This document shows positions 1 through 12,802 of a stretch of DNA of 64,000 nucleotides, in pieces. Source of the DNA: Sphaerodactylus townsendi (lineage: Eukaryota); contig NC_059426.1 in the NCBI RefSeq assembly GCF_021028975.2, positions 143,778,001-143,842,000 on the forward strand, in the 5' to 3' direction. The notes beneath the pieces are model-generated. The model was not told the DNA's origin. It searched no databases and worked only from the letters and a program-made list of their open reading frames with translations. Position numbers and translations under genes: made by a program. Position 1 is the stretch's first letter. Every line of letters starts with the position of its first letter.

Positions 1-195
1 GGACCAGCCATCTAATCCAACATCCTAGCCTAAGGCAAGCTTCCATTTCTAAAGAATCCCTAACAAATGCCTTCAAGGGATGGAGTTCTACTATCTCCCT
101 CTGAAGACTGAGTTCCTGTTATTGCCAGGGAATTTTCCTTGAGTTTAATTGACACCTATCTTCCTGTAATTTTAATTCAGTGTTTATGCCTGTGT
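1..195 (-). mobile_element. Old CR1-type LINE 3' fragment
   Basis: Degenerate resemblance to the reverse complement of a CR1 3' end (ccatctaatccaac...cttcaagggatggag). Confidence 0.4.
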
Positions 196-1045
196 TCTCA
201 GTAAGTACATTGAACTCATGCCCCTCCTCTTTTGATCTCTCTGGCAGCCTTCCTGTCCCTGAAAAGTATACTTCCCCTTACCGAACTAATTAGTCAGCAA
301 CACTATTCATGTTACATGGTCAGTGGGGTTTATTCTCTAATCAGGGCTGAAGCCTTGACCTTCTTGGACTCAGATTGTTCAAGCCAGTCTTCAAGCTCCT
401 TTTCACTGTGCTAGCAAGGCCAGATCCACAACATTTGGTTGAAGCAGACTAGATTCACTGGCAAAAGCAGTCCCCAAGAAGGTTGGGGTTGTGTTCAGCT
501 ATGGGTTCGGAATGAAGGGCTATCACACAATAGGAAATTGGAATTTTCCAAGTACTTCAGCATCCTGGACCAATATCAGAGAACAAGCAAACTTGTTTCA
601 ACTTCCCCAGTCTGGCCAAGTCCTTATACCCTTCCTTGCTTCTTCCACATTCCACCAGCTAATGAAAAATGGAGATCTTTACAGGGGTGTATTGTTGGCT
701 TCAAGCCTCCGGTTTCGTGGCCTTTCTTTGGATACAAGGTCTGTTGCCTTAGTCGGTACGTGGGGCTACACTTCATTAGGCCAGTACTAGCAAAGAAGAT
801 GGCTTCTCAGAAGGATTTGGCTGAGGGATGCCACGTCAGAAAGTTCTGGATCAGGGACCTCTGTCTTTAAGAGTTCCTCAAGTCTGGTGATGAGGCCGGA
901 GGTCTGGGGTCTTTGCAGCATGTGCCATCAGCCATTCTGAATTTGGTGGTACTCCTTGTTCTCTTCGGATGTCCTGGTCGATGCTTATGGTCCTTCATCT
1001 CCCAAGCAGCTTTCCCAATTTTTGAATCTCTTTCAGTTTCTTTAC

Positions 1046-1165
1046 CTGTGGTTCCCCCAGAACTCATGGCTACAAAACATCAGATAAGGCTTTCCGTGCA
1101 GGCCACAATCTCTTAAGATGTCTTCATGGGCAAAATCTACTTGATATTTTCCAGCTCAAACCTCC
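1046..1165 (-). other. Candidate 120-nt exon, possibly with a start codon (GCCATG at 1067, MSSGGTT)
   Basis: Acceptor gtctgttcgttttag and donor CAG|gtaaag. The 5' part has stops in all three frames. Confidence 0.25.
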
Positions 1166-1991
1166 CTAAAACGAACAGACACATATAATGATTCAATAAG
1201 GCTGGTGCAGAAGAGCTTCATGGTGGATTACGCCAACAGTCTCCTTTTCATTACGAAGGGGAAGAAAGATTTGTTGATTCAACAGAGAGAAGGCCATTTT
1301 TTTATTGAAGAAAGAAAGATATTGATGAGCCAGACTCGCTTCTATTTTTAACTAGACATTGTTTTTCTCTATATTTTAACAGCTTTCTTCTTCAGGGGGA
1401 AAAATACATTGAAGCATTTTCATGTAATGAACAGTTCATAGACGAAAGGGAATGACTAACATGAAAGGCATTAATCTTCCCCATATAGGCCGACCACAAG
1501 TTATAGTTTATTAATGAAATGTATAACAGAAATTGAACAGTTTTCCCCCAATGGAGTCATTACAGAGGCAAAGTAATTGTGCTCAGCTCTCTCATTAAAA
1601 TGGTTCCCTCAGATTTGATGTTCTTAGGTTCTGCTAGCAAAAGTAATGGCTACACAGAAATATAAAGCAATTTTTTTGTAGCAAGATGTTCTGGTGATAC
1701 TGGTGGTGAAGAACTAATCTTTGGTGTACCTCTTTGGTTAGATCACCAAAGTCAGTTCATAGTATAATCCTCTGCAAAGTGGCTCCAGTCTAATCCCATT
1801 GGTTTCAATAGGATAACACTGGAGTAACTGCATAGAACTGCACTGTAGTTCTGCATTCTGGCTTGGATTTAGCAATGAACAAGTGGAAAAATAAATGGGT
1901 TTAGCACAGTTCCACTTGTGCAATATCTTGTGCAACAGATAGTGCTTTCATCCCCATCTATATATCTAATAATGAAGTGTGACTCCCATCT

Positions 1992-2215
1992 GTGTGTGTG
2001 CATTTAGGTCATAGCTGACTTATGGCGACCCTGTAGGATTTTTAAGGCAAGAGGCCTTCGGAGGTGATTTGCCATTGCCTGCCTCCATGTGGTCTGAGAG
2101 AGTTTTGAGAGACAATGAGTGGACTAAGGTCACCCAGCTGGCTTCATGTGGAGGAGTGGGGAATCTAACCTGGTTCTCCGGATTAGAATCTGCTACTCTT
2201 AACTAGTACACTGCG
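1992..2215 (-). mobile_element. SINE with a Squam3/MIR-like tRNA head and an RTE/BovB-like tail
   Basis: 2090-2215 matches the Squam3-type heads elsewhere in the window; 1992-2088 matches the tail of the 5S-derived SINE at 9935. Confidence 0.55.
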
Positions 2216-4399
2216 TTGGACCCAGAGGTTTGCGGAAAATATCTGAAAACTTTAGAAATACATTGGGAGGGTTGAATTCCCAGCAAAATACAAGAGCATT
2301 TTCTGCACTTGCCTTGTTCCTGCAGAGTTCTGCTGGTGAACACTGGAAACTCCTCTGGGCTTGGAGCCGCTTCCAGAAATTGCTGCCGTTGCAGCCAGGC
2401 TCAAAGACAGTTGGCGGAGCCTGGAACCATGCGAGGTTTGACGATGGAGGGGGGAAGATGACATACCCACATGAGTCTCACAGCCTCCCCCCACCCACCC
2501 CGCCCAGCTTGTATATTACAGTGCCCAAAAACTGGTTGCACCAATCTTGCACAAGTGGAAGTGCTAAGACTGTCTTAAGGCAAGAAGTTACTGTGGCCTT
2601 TTTCTTGCATGTCTGCTTCTGCAAGAGCTCTAGTAGAAGTGGATATTTTGTGCTGGATTCAACCCTCTGCCTTCATTAGCAGCCAGTATGATGCTGTTGA
2701 GCACTCATGACCAAGGTGCTCAGAAGGGGATGACCTCTCTATTGTTTATACACAGCATTTGGCATTCAGTGGTATAACACCCTGTAGAAGAAGGTTCTCC
2801 TTTGCTGTCAAGGATAATGCATACCTAACCCACCCAATTTTGTCTAATCTTTTCTTCAAGCAGTCCAGGCAAGGGGTCTTCAGTAAATTAATCATACATC
2901 AGATGAAGAAATAAAAAAACCCCTAAGGCACCTTAAATACATTTTTATGCAACAAGTTTCAATGGGCTGCAGCCTCATGGACCAGGCATGTATGTGCATT
3001 TAACTACTAATGTTGCAGTAAGTGCTACAAGGAACATAAAATGATACGTCCCTATCCAAAGCGCTTGCAATTGAAATCAAGCAAGCAAGATGAAAGGGAA
3101 AGGGAGAAGAAGGGAGAGTTTTGATCAGGATATCCAACTTTTGAAAAAATAGCAGGCAGGAGGGGAGGGGAGGGGAGGCAGTTTTGATCAGTGCCATGGC
3201 AAAGGGGAAGAGACACTAGCCCCTTTTCCCCTCGTGCTGATTTCCAGATTAAAATTTCATAGGTATACACAGGAAGCTGCTATTTGCTCTGCAGTGGACA
3301 ATGACAAATAGCTACCCATCTGGTCCCTGCGTGTTTTCTCCATGGACAAATAACAGATTGAGACTAAAGGCCAAACTCGTAACCCCTGCACCATAACCTT
3401 GATCTGAATCTCTCTTGCAGTTGCACTCACTCTCACACACACGCATCGCAATTGGTGCTCACTATCCAGATTATGCATCTTTTGCATCATGCCACCCTTT
3501 TTCTTGCTCTCTTTCACATACCTGTTTCTACAACAACATCACCTCCAGCGTGGATCCCTGATGCAGCCTTCTACTGAATCAGACTATGGGGCCATCAAGA
3601 TCGGTATTGTCTTCTCTGACTGGTGGCAGCTTTCCACAATTTCATCTAGACGGGGCTGCCAAACCACCTGATCCTTTTAAATGGGCACGCCAAGGACTGT
3701 ACCTCAGATCTCCTGTATACAAGGTAGATGCTCTTCTGCTGAAGTCCGCAGCCCCCTCTTGCTCCATCCCTAGATGACCAACTACGAGGAAGCAGCAGAA
3801 GAGAAAAACAGCAAAAAACTATTTCAGTTGCAACCTTCCCCATGGAATGGCTGACTACATTTGAGAAGAACAGTGTTAACACAGCAGAAAGAGAAGAAAA
3901 GGGGGGAGGGGGAAGGGAGCTGGTGGCTATTTTGAGCAGTTACCTTCTCCTTTAACAACAGGGTATTAGGATACATCCTTACCACATGAGGAATGCGGGA
4001 ACATAAGAAATACAGCCTAGCATCATACAGCCATGCTTTCCCAAACCCGAACAAGGGCTTAGCAGTCCAGCAAACCTTGTCACATCAACACACTAGCAAA
4101 AAAGAAAGTTGCCATCATCCTAATGGTCAGCCAATCTATCATTAGATACAGAAACCTGGTTTTGTTTTCCTCTCACTAGCACTCAGAGATAAACTGGCAT
4201 TGGAAATGTCTGCTGCAGTGCAGCCACTGAACCTGATGCCTCGCTAGGGTACTCCAAGCTTCTTCAAAGGTTCCCTAAAGCCAACCTTCTTCCAAGTTCA
4301 TCCTGCTTAGCTTGAAAAAGCCATCAGCCATCTCAATGCATAAGGAAGGGAAGTAAGTGTTCTTGGCTTCGGTAGAAGAGCTCATCCCCCTGCCGAGAC

Positions 4400-4597
4400 T
4401 TCTACCAATCTTGATCCTCCTTGATTGCAAATGCTTTAGCAGACTAGGTGCTCAGGAGTGGGAGCAGCAGAAGGCCATTTCGTTCACATCCTGCATGTGA
4501 GCTCCCAAAGGCACCTGGTGGGCCACTGCGAGTAGCAGAGTGCTGGACTAGATGGACTCTGGTCTGATCCAGCAGGCTTGCTCTTACATTCTTATAT
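4400..4597 (+). mobile_element. CR1 LINE 3' end
   Basis: tgctggactagatggactctggtctgatccagc followed by TTCTTAT-type terminal repeats; same family as 16143-16226. Confidence 0.7.
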
Positions 4598-5452
4598 TCT
4601 CACCAAGAGGGCAAATCAGAATGAGTGCATGATGTAATTCTGTAATCTGAGCAGCTTTTCTATTAATGCATTATCATGTTCTACTCCTGTTCCCCCAAAC
4701 AGTGAACAGGTGGTTGCATGTTTTGACAGCTAACCAGCTGGGTTGTATTGGAACTAGTGAGCATGAATAGCCAATATTCTGGTTGCTTGTCATTCAGTTA
4801 CCAAAAAAACAACTGTACAGCTCCATTGCATTCCAAGTTCTCTGGCTCTTTTTCAGAAGAGAGCTTTGGGAAACAACCTCCAGGATTTCCCACACATCTG
4901 CATTCCAGATGTGGCAGGCTTTCATTCACACAAATGAATGGTTTCATAACTGTGACTGGATTCAGCAATTTGAGTGAAATGAGTTCCGCCAGTGGTACGT
5001 TCAGCTGTGCTTCTCTTGTCAGTCAGAGGACAAGGAAAGCATAACATTTCATCCCTATTTGCAGTGCCATCCTGTAGGCAGATTACTATTCAACAACCGG
5101 ATGACTATATTTGGCTTGGTCTGTCACAAATTGTAGCTTGGCAATCAAAAGGAATTTCCCAACCATTAGGAGAGTGGAATTCTTTGGCAGTCTCTTGAGA
5201 ACACACATAAGGACAAAGACTCTAATTTGTATTTTTAGAAAAGAACTGTGCATATTTCAGAGGGAAGGGACATTGCATCACAAAACTTTAGATGTGGCTT
5301 TCAGCAGGGATAAACTTTAGATGGGGCTTAAGACAGGGATAAATACCGCAGGAAAGACATGGGTTTCTCCCCTCCTTCCGAATGCAATGGCTCCCAAATT
5401 ACAAAACTGGCTCAGTGTCTCTCTGGGTGCACATCACCATGTTTCCTTATGT

Positions 5453-5597
5453 NNNNNNNNNNNNNNNNNNNNNNNNNNNNNNNNNNNNNNNNNNNNNNNN
5501 NNNNNNNNNNNNNNNNNNNNNNNNNNNNNNNNNNNNNNNNNNNNNNNNNNNNNNNNNNNNNNNNNNNNNNNNNNNNNNNNNNNNNNNNNNNNNNNNN
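5453..5597. other. Assembly gap
   Basis: Run of N. Confidence 0.99.
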
Positions 5598-5663
5598 CAC
5601 AAGTGCCTGGAATTCATCTCTGAATATCGAGTCCTTCCCAAGGACCTAGGATATTAAAAGTAT

Positions 5664-5664
<1 letters not shown>

Positions 5665-5713
<49 letters not shown>
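5665..5713. repeat. (GAT)n microsatellite at a SINE tail
   Basis: About 16 perfect GAT units. Confidence 0.95.
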
Positions 5714-6002
5714 TTAGATTTGTATCCCCGCTTTCTCTCCAGTAGGGAGATTCAAAGGGACTTAAAAACTCCTTTCCCTTCCCCCCCCCATAACAAACAC
5801 CCTGTGAGGTAGCTGGGGCTGAGAGAGCTCTGTAGAGCTGTGACTAGGCCAAGGTCACCCAGCTGGCGTGTGTTGGCGTGCACAGGCTAATCTGAATTTC
5901 CCAGATAAACCTCCACAATTCAAGTGGCAGAGTGGGGAATCAAATCTGGTTCCTCCAGATTAGAGCACACCTGCTCTTAACCAATACGCCACTGCTGCTC
6001 CC
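5714..6002 (-). mobile_element. Squam3-type (MIR/Ther1-derived) tRNA-CORE SINE, full length
   Basis: Reverse complement is highly similar to 56271-56572; contains the CORE cctcacagggtgtttgt and a tRNA head. Confidence 0.85.
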
Positions 6003-6339
6003 AATTATGCCAATTTTATAGTATATTGAGGCTGGATCACACTGAATATCTACCTGCTCTAGTATCTTCCTGTTTCCTGCAGTGGCTATCCAGGATCCTG
6101 TAGGAAGCTCTGCATTTTCAAAAGAACGTGATTTGTTCTTTTCAGATTTAGATTCAGATTTCGCATGCTGCCCCTCCCCTTTAGGGCTCGGGGCTGCTCA
6201 CAACCTTCCATATAACATCATCAACATTACATATTTTAAAACATTTTAAACAATCTTATACATTACAATTTCCATTAATTCAAGATGACGATGGACAGTA
6301 TTCAGTACCTTTGAGGGTTAATGATGGATCTCAATGGAA

Positions 6340-6773
6340 CGAAGAGAATTGCCCTGCCAGGCCCCTCTGCTCCTCGGAGGCGGACCTGTTGGTGATCCCT
6401 GGCCCCAAAGCGATCTGGCTGGCCTCTACAAGAGCCAGGGCTCTTACAGCTGGCCCCTACTTGGTGGAACAGGCTCCCAGGTGAGATCAGGGCCCTGCGG
6501 GACATACAGTTTCCGCAGGGCCTCTAAAATGGACCTGTTCCGCCAGGTGTTTGGCCAGCCAAGGTAACATCAAATTTCACTACAAATTAACATCTGGCTT
6601 CCCCTGCGTGCAAGGAAGGGAAGGAGGGGGGGAAATAATTTTTTCTGAAGCCATCAACAAATTATGGTTCTTTTAATTTTGTGAGGGTGGAATGTTTTTG
6701 CTGTTCATATTTTTAATGTATTTAATTGTTGTGAACCGCTCTGAGTCCCTTGGAAGAAGGCAGTATATATATT
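6340..6773 (+). mobile_element. L2 LINE 3' fragment
   Basis: Frameshifted ORF2 C-terminus (…LASTRARA…WWNRLPGEIRAL…FRRA.KMDLFRQ), T-rich 3'UTR and terminal stem-loop. Confidence 0.8.
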
Positions 6774-9652
6774 AAACACGGGCATCATGTTGGGGACCCC
6801 GATGTAGAACCAGAGAGCAAAGTATACAGTCATACTTGCAAAAAAAAAAAAAGGTCAGACACATGTTCCATAAATAATAATCACCTTTTAATAGATTAAA
6901 CTCATTCACTCTATCTATTTGGGTGTACCCTTTTCGTATGAGATTTGAACCCATGCTTCTCAAGCCCTGGTTTATTTTATGTAGTTTGTTTATGATATTT
7001 ATATGTGGGAGATCTGGGTTCCAATCCCACATCAGCCTTGAAGTTTGTTGACTTGGACCAATGGAGGGAGGGAGAGGAGAGGGGAGGGGAGGGTGGCATG
7101 CGAAAGAGGGGAGGGGGCTGGCATCTGGACATGGCCCACCCAGCCTAGTGGGGAGGGGGAGGGGAGGGAGGGGGAGGGTGGCATGCAAGGAAAGGGGATG
7201 GATGGAGGGGTGGCATGCAAGGGAGGGGAGGGAGGGGTAGGAGAGCTTCAAACTCGAGCGGGAGGAAATGCCGGGCAAGGGGGAAATCCTCCCTCAGTCT
7301 AATCTTTCTCAGATGTTTTTTGTGATGATAAGATTAAGGTGGGGGGATGAGAATTTTGAAAACCATAGTAAGTTCCTTGGAGGTAGGGCAGGAGAAAATG
7401 TAACACACAGTTGTGAAGTCTTACAATCAAAGGAACTTGGAGGCCACCTATTTGCTTTCATATGCTCTGGTAAATTGGTACATTTTCCATTCTTTTACAG
7501 ATTTAGCCCCCTAACAACTCCACACTTGCATCCTTCTTCTGCATTAAAATGTTATGTTGAAATCTGTCACATTAGCACACAACTTTCCCTCCTGATCCCA
7601 GCTCTTGTCGGGCATATTTCTTAGTTGTCTCCTTGTAAACCTTCCAGTTTTCTGAGTTTGACAGTGATCTGCAGAGAGACGCTGTGAGCAAAATGATGTC
7701 ATTCAAAGCAGTTCCCTTGGAGCCGGCACTATGTTCTACATGTTGCCACATATTGGAAATCAGTCAGGACAATTTCAAGAGACTGAAGCGAAACACTTTT
7801 GCCCTTTAGACAGGCTGTTGCCTTGGTAAAACTCAAGTAACCACGTCATAGCATTCAGCCATAATTCATACAGCGTCAGCTATGAGGTATCTTCAGATTA
7901 TCAAAAGATTAGGAGAAGAAATGCACAAAGAGGAAGCAGGTGATTGCACACTAACGTTCAGAGCTGGAATCAAGGGTCAGCGTGTTTGGGCATCTGTCAG
8001 GGTCCATGGCCCAACAGAGGAAGCACCATTGACTAGATGCCTTGGCCCATCTGGTCTCATCAGATGCCCCTGCAATGTCACAAGGCCTTTGGGGACAATC
8101 TACCAGTTCCTGACCAGAGAGATACCGAGAAGCAGAAAAGTGAGGCTCTTGGGTGAATGACTACGATCCACTGCCTCCCCAAACAACTGTGACCAGAAAA
8201 TGGGAGCTAGCTGTAGAAGGACCCTATAACATCTGGGTCAATCTTCCATTTACTGGGGAGGGGGTCTTGGGAAAACTACACAGTTTGAACCTTTAAACTT
8301 CACCGGTGCCAACGAGGCTAAAAAGAGGGTGAAAGAATCTTATATTTGGCTCCTTCCAGGTTAGGAAGGACAGCCTGTCCTCTTTGGCAGGCAGTCTCCT
8401 CACCTTCTTGCTCAGTCCCCCAAGGCTGCAATGTCATCCTGTCATTCTGCAATGTCATTTTGTTTCTGGTGAATTCTACAGCATCCCGCAATGGGGTGAC
8501 ATCCAGTCACACAGTCAGAATTGATGTGGCATGATTGCAAGGACACCATTAGGATGCGACATCACAAGAGGTGCTTGGATACAGAAAAGATATCAACAGG
8601 GTGGTTAAAAGGCAATGATGCTCTTCTGTGACATCATTCACAACAGCAGTGGTAAGGCAATCTTCCTAGACTGGCAAAGCTAATTTAACACCTGCAGGGT
8701 GATAGGAACTCATAGCTGAGGTTTAATGAGATTGTGTCGAGCTTTTGGATGAATTCTAAATCAGCAGTTCCATGCTGGAATCTCTGGATAGAAAGTTCTT
8801 TTATTGAAGAACAGCCACTACCAGATCAGCAGCAAAGAGTTGTTGGATTAAATCCAAAAATAGTGGTAATATATTTTTGTTAGGGCCAGTCAAAATAGTC
8901 TAAAACAGGTCAGTGAAGGTTGCTGTCTTGCCTGTACACTGTTATCTGTGCACTCTCTGGAGGCATCTGGCTGGTCATGATTAGAAATAGGAAGCAGGAC
9001 TGGATAGACTCTTGGACTGATCTAACAGGTTTTTCCACGAGACCACATGTATTGAAGCTCCTGTTCTCTGGCAGTGCTGTCTCTAGGAAGTTTAGCACTT
9101 GGACTCCGAGTACTTTTATCAGCCCTCTCCTGCATATGTTTACTGTGAAAATCGGTTCCATGGTTCATAGTGGGGCTTATTCCAGGGAGTGTGAATAGGA
9201 TTGCAGCCTTATCTTGATGTCTAAATTATATATCAGATCCATCTATTTTTAGTCTAGAAGGTCTTCTCCAAAGTGATAATGAAGACAGACTTATGATTCT
9301 ACAGGAAGGCTATGATATCATATTATATCTCAGTTGTTAATGTTTTTTTTCTCAAACAGGTTTGCCAGCTGGATTTAAAAAAAATAGTTTTTCTGCTCCA
9401 GATAATTTGTAACTTGAAGCATTTACTCTGATTTATTGCACTTTGCTATAGGTTGGCAAAATTACTGTACTGGAATAATGTTTTGTGCTTTTTTGTAGGC
9501 TTCATATATTTTATTTTTCCCTAAATAAATCTTGTTATTGTTTAGCCACTACTGGTGCCATCTAGAAATCTTCACAGAGCAAAGTACATGTTTTTAAGGA
9601 TTCATTTACAAGGGTTTATTACAAGGGTTTTAAATTAAATACAAATAGTTCT

Positions 9653-9903
9653 GGTGGGTTTCCCGGGCTGTGGGGCCGTGGTCTGGTGGATCTTGTTCCT
9701 AACGTTTCACCTGAATCTGTGGCTGGCATCTCCAGAGGTGTGTCACAGAGGGAAGTCTGTTACCCTCTGTGATCCACCTCTGAAGATGCCAGCCACAGAT
9801 GCAGGTGAAACGTTAGGAACAAGATCCACCAGACTACGGTCACACAGCCCGGGAAACCCAGCAGAACCAGTTGAATCTGGCCGTGAAAGCCTTCGACAAT
9901 ACA
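9653..9903. mobile_element. Penelope-like element fragment as an inverted repeat, with a 17-bp flanking duplication
   Basis: About 110-bp inverted arms, terminal gaaagccttcgacaata, and TAAATACAAATAGTTCT at 9636-9652 and 9904-9920. Confidence 0.8.
9777..9817 (+). ncRNA. Minimal type I hammerhead ribozyme motif
   Basis: cct-CTGAAGA-t-gcc…ggt-GAAA-cgtt-agg. Confidence 0.6.
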
Positions 9904-9934
9904 TAAATACAAATAGTTCTTTGGTGGATAAAAC

Positions 9935-10123
9935 AATCAAGTCACATCCAACTTGCAGTGACCTCAAATGGTTTTCAAGGCAAGAAATTCACAGAGATGG
10001 TTTGCCATTGCCTGCCTCCACACAGCAACCTGGAACTTCCTTGGTAGTCTCCTATCCAAGTACGAACCAGGACTGATCCTGCTTAGTTTCTAAGCTCTGA
10101 TAGGATGAGGCTAGCCAGGTCAG
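9935..10123 (-). mobile_element. 5S rRNA-derived SINE with an RTE/BovB-like tail
   Basis: 10040-10110 is a degenerate reverse complement of 5S rRNA (gtctcctatccaagtacgaaccagg…ctgcttag). Confidence 0.7.
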
Positions 10124-11274
10124 AACATGACTTCTTAGACCTACGCTAGTTTACTCCAATGGGATCCCTAGGTGACCCCACCTGCATGGCTCTAGAAAAA
10201 ATATCACTAACTCACCTAAGCCTCATCACAAAGGGTAGTTTGCCTAATTTCTCTCATTTGTATTAGAAGTCAGTGGCTCTGAGTGGAAAGCAAGTTGAAT
10301 CATTTAAAGGAGCCATTCATGCAACAGGGTACCAATTGCAGTTTTCACCAACTAGAAATGGATTGTAATCGTGACAGGGGAAGGGGACATTGGGTCCCAC
10401 CTGCACAAGCGTCTAAGACTTTATAATGGAAGAAATCAGAGGGAAATGGCCTCTGCAGACACTCTCCAAGGCTGCCCGCAGAATGATGACCAATTTCATC
10501 CTATTTCCGATGAATGAAGGAGCCCGCTGATAACTGCACTCTCAGGTAATATATACATGATTCTTCCCCAACTAATTCATCAGTATGTGTCTCATGCACT
10601 GTAGCAGGGAGAGTGTGTGAGAGCGAAGAGGAGAATTTTGAAACCTCCTAGCTGTAATTGGGAAAGGCTGGAGAAAACAAGAGAGTATTGCAATTACAGG
10701 GAAATGCACCAACTCACAATTTATTCAGCAGTCTTACGTGTCATAAAAGCTGCTGCCGACATTAACATCTGAATCCTTTTCTGCCTGCTGCTGATTTTGG
10801 GAAACAAACACCCGCTTGCTGCAATCAAATGTACTTCTGCAAGCCTCTGAATTGGATATTTGACAAAACACTGCGTGCGCGCACACACACAGGACAAGAG
10901 CCCTAAATGAATGAGGAGACATCTGCCTGGCGCCCCAATTATCTGGCAAATGGCAGGTGAAAGAAATGCTCTCAAGACAGCCACCGTTTTTGAGAAAATG
11001 ATACTGCTCAAAGGGAGGCAGAGCAAAGTCCTTCCAGTGACTAAGAATTCCTATCAAAGCTTCTAACCACAGCTTAGCGGTCTTTTCTAAATTTCTTTAA
11101 TAAGTTACCTAAATTCTAAACAGTTATCCCATTCATTACATTAAATGGAGAGCTACAGTACAATATAACAGAACCAACAGGAATGTGTATTTGGACTGTG
11201 GTCTGAACTAGGGTTCATACAAGTCCAACTAAGAACCAGTGGCATACTACCTATAGAGACATGGGGAAACCCTG

Positions 11275-11803
11275 GGTGCACACCTTTGGTCATGGCGGGC
11301 GGGGGGGCAAGGCACAGGCTGGGTCCCTGTGCTTGGCCTCTCCCGTGGTGCGGCGACCCAGCTGGGGCCCAGCCATGCATCCATGAGGCCTCTTCCCTGC
11401 TGGGGGATTATGCCAGCACACAAGGCCGAGTCCAGTCATGCGGTTGGGAGGCTGGGCCCAACCATGCAGCCTCTTCCCTGCTGGGGGATGGCGTGGGGGG
11501 GGGGGGGCGGGAGAGCGGATTGGACAGGCGCTGCCCAGGAGCCAGACTGCTGCTGCAGCGCCCATCCAGGCCACCCCTTCCCAGGCCCTCATGGGCGGGG
11601 CTCATGGGCAGCTCGGACAGGCACCATGGAGGCAGGCTGCCTCCTGGGCTGCCTGCCACAGCACCCTGCCCCCCTCCTCTCCACCTCCCTGCAGGCCAAC
11701 TTCTGCCCTGCACAGGGCCTGGGGAGGTCAGGAGGTAGCCTGCAGGGAGGTGGGGGTGGCTCAGATGGGCGCTGCCCAGGAGCTGGCCTGCCTCTAAGGT
11801 GCA
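11275..11803. repeat. GC-rich interspersed element with internal direct repeats
   Basis: gcctcttccctgctggggga x2 and gcgctgcccaggagc x2; sharp GC boundary; explains the overlapping spurious ORFs. Confidence 0.5.
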
Positions 11804-12171
11804 TAGTAGGAATACTTCTCTTTTCCTTAAATTGTCCTGGTTCTGAGTCCAGATTCTCACCCTGTTGCAAATTCCACAACTTGATCCTCACGTTCACTCA
11901 CAACTTGCATCTTGAATTCAGTCCCCCTGCCTCAACAGTTGTTAACGAACTGGATTTTAAAATGTCACGGTCCATACTAGAACTAAGTTTGGGAAGCAGA
12001 ATGCTGGGATTCAGGTTGTTTTTTTAAAAAAAACCTAAATATGTTCATAAAAATTGTTTCCAATATCATAGAAATAATGATATTTCTGAAAAAATTGCCC
12101 CGACGAAGACAAAAGAGGGAGAAATCTATTCTCACAAAGATAGTTACATACAGTATACGTTTGTATTATAT

Positions 12172-12355
12172 GGGAGGGGCTATAGCTCAATGGTAGAGCT
12201 GTGTGCTTGCTTTGCACCCAGAGGGTCACAGGCTCAATTGCTGGAATCTCCCACCAAAACAGCCAGATAGGAGATGATGTGAAAGACCTCTGCTCGCTTC
12301 TCTGAAGAGCTGCTGGCCGCTGCTAGTCAGAAAATAAATTATTGATTTTGATAAA
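12172..12355 (+). mobile_element. tRNA(Ala)-like-head SINE, degenerate
   Basis: ggggctatagctcaatggtagagc A-box head; related copies near 15743, 20510-21190 (-), 51085 and 63390-63465 (-). Confidence 0.6.
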
Positions 12356-12802
12356 CCCCACAACCTCAGTGCAGCCACAACAAGCCTGCTTCTAACCCAA
12401 GGGAAATAGTCACCCAAGGCACGTTAAATTAGCTCAACCACCTAACCTAACGGAGAGGACCCACAATCCATCTGGATGGGGTGGAAAGCTGCCCACTGCA
12501 ATGGGCAAGCCCAGTGGGCCACAGATGGACAATGGACTTCCCTTGAGAACTCCTAGGTTGTCAATACAATGGATGCCCAGAAGATGACACCACCTGCTCA
12601 TTTGAGATGTACTGGAATCCTAACCCACTCTCCAACCTTGGACATTCTGCCAGCAACCCTCTTGGGCTCTCTGTAACTGATGTTGGATGAAGGACTTGGA
12701 CTATCTCCTCTACTTGGGCAGTTTGTTCTAAGACTTCTCTAAAGCCATTTATTGGGTCCATGACTGAAATTGTTTTTGAACCAGAAACCTCACAGATGCT
12801 TT

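Noticed and set aside
300-1067. Coding-looking unique sequence considered as an endogenous viral element or pseudogene
   Set aside because: Stops in all minus-strand frames and no motif I recognise; tBLASTx would be needed.
11286-12027. Several long overlapping ORFs
   Set aside because: Result of high GC in a repeat; open in most frames on both strands.
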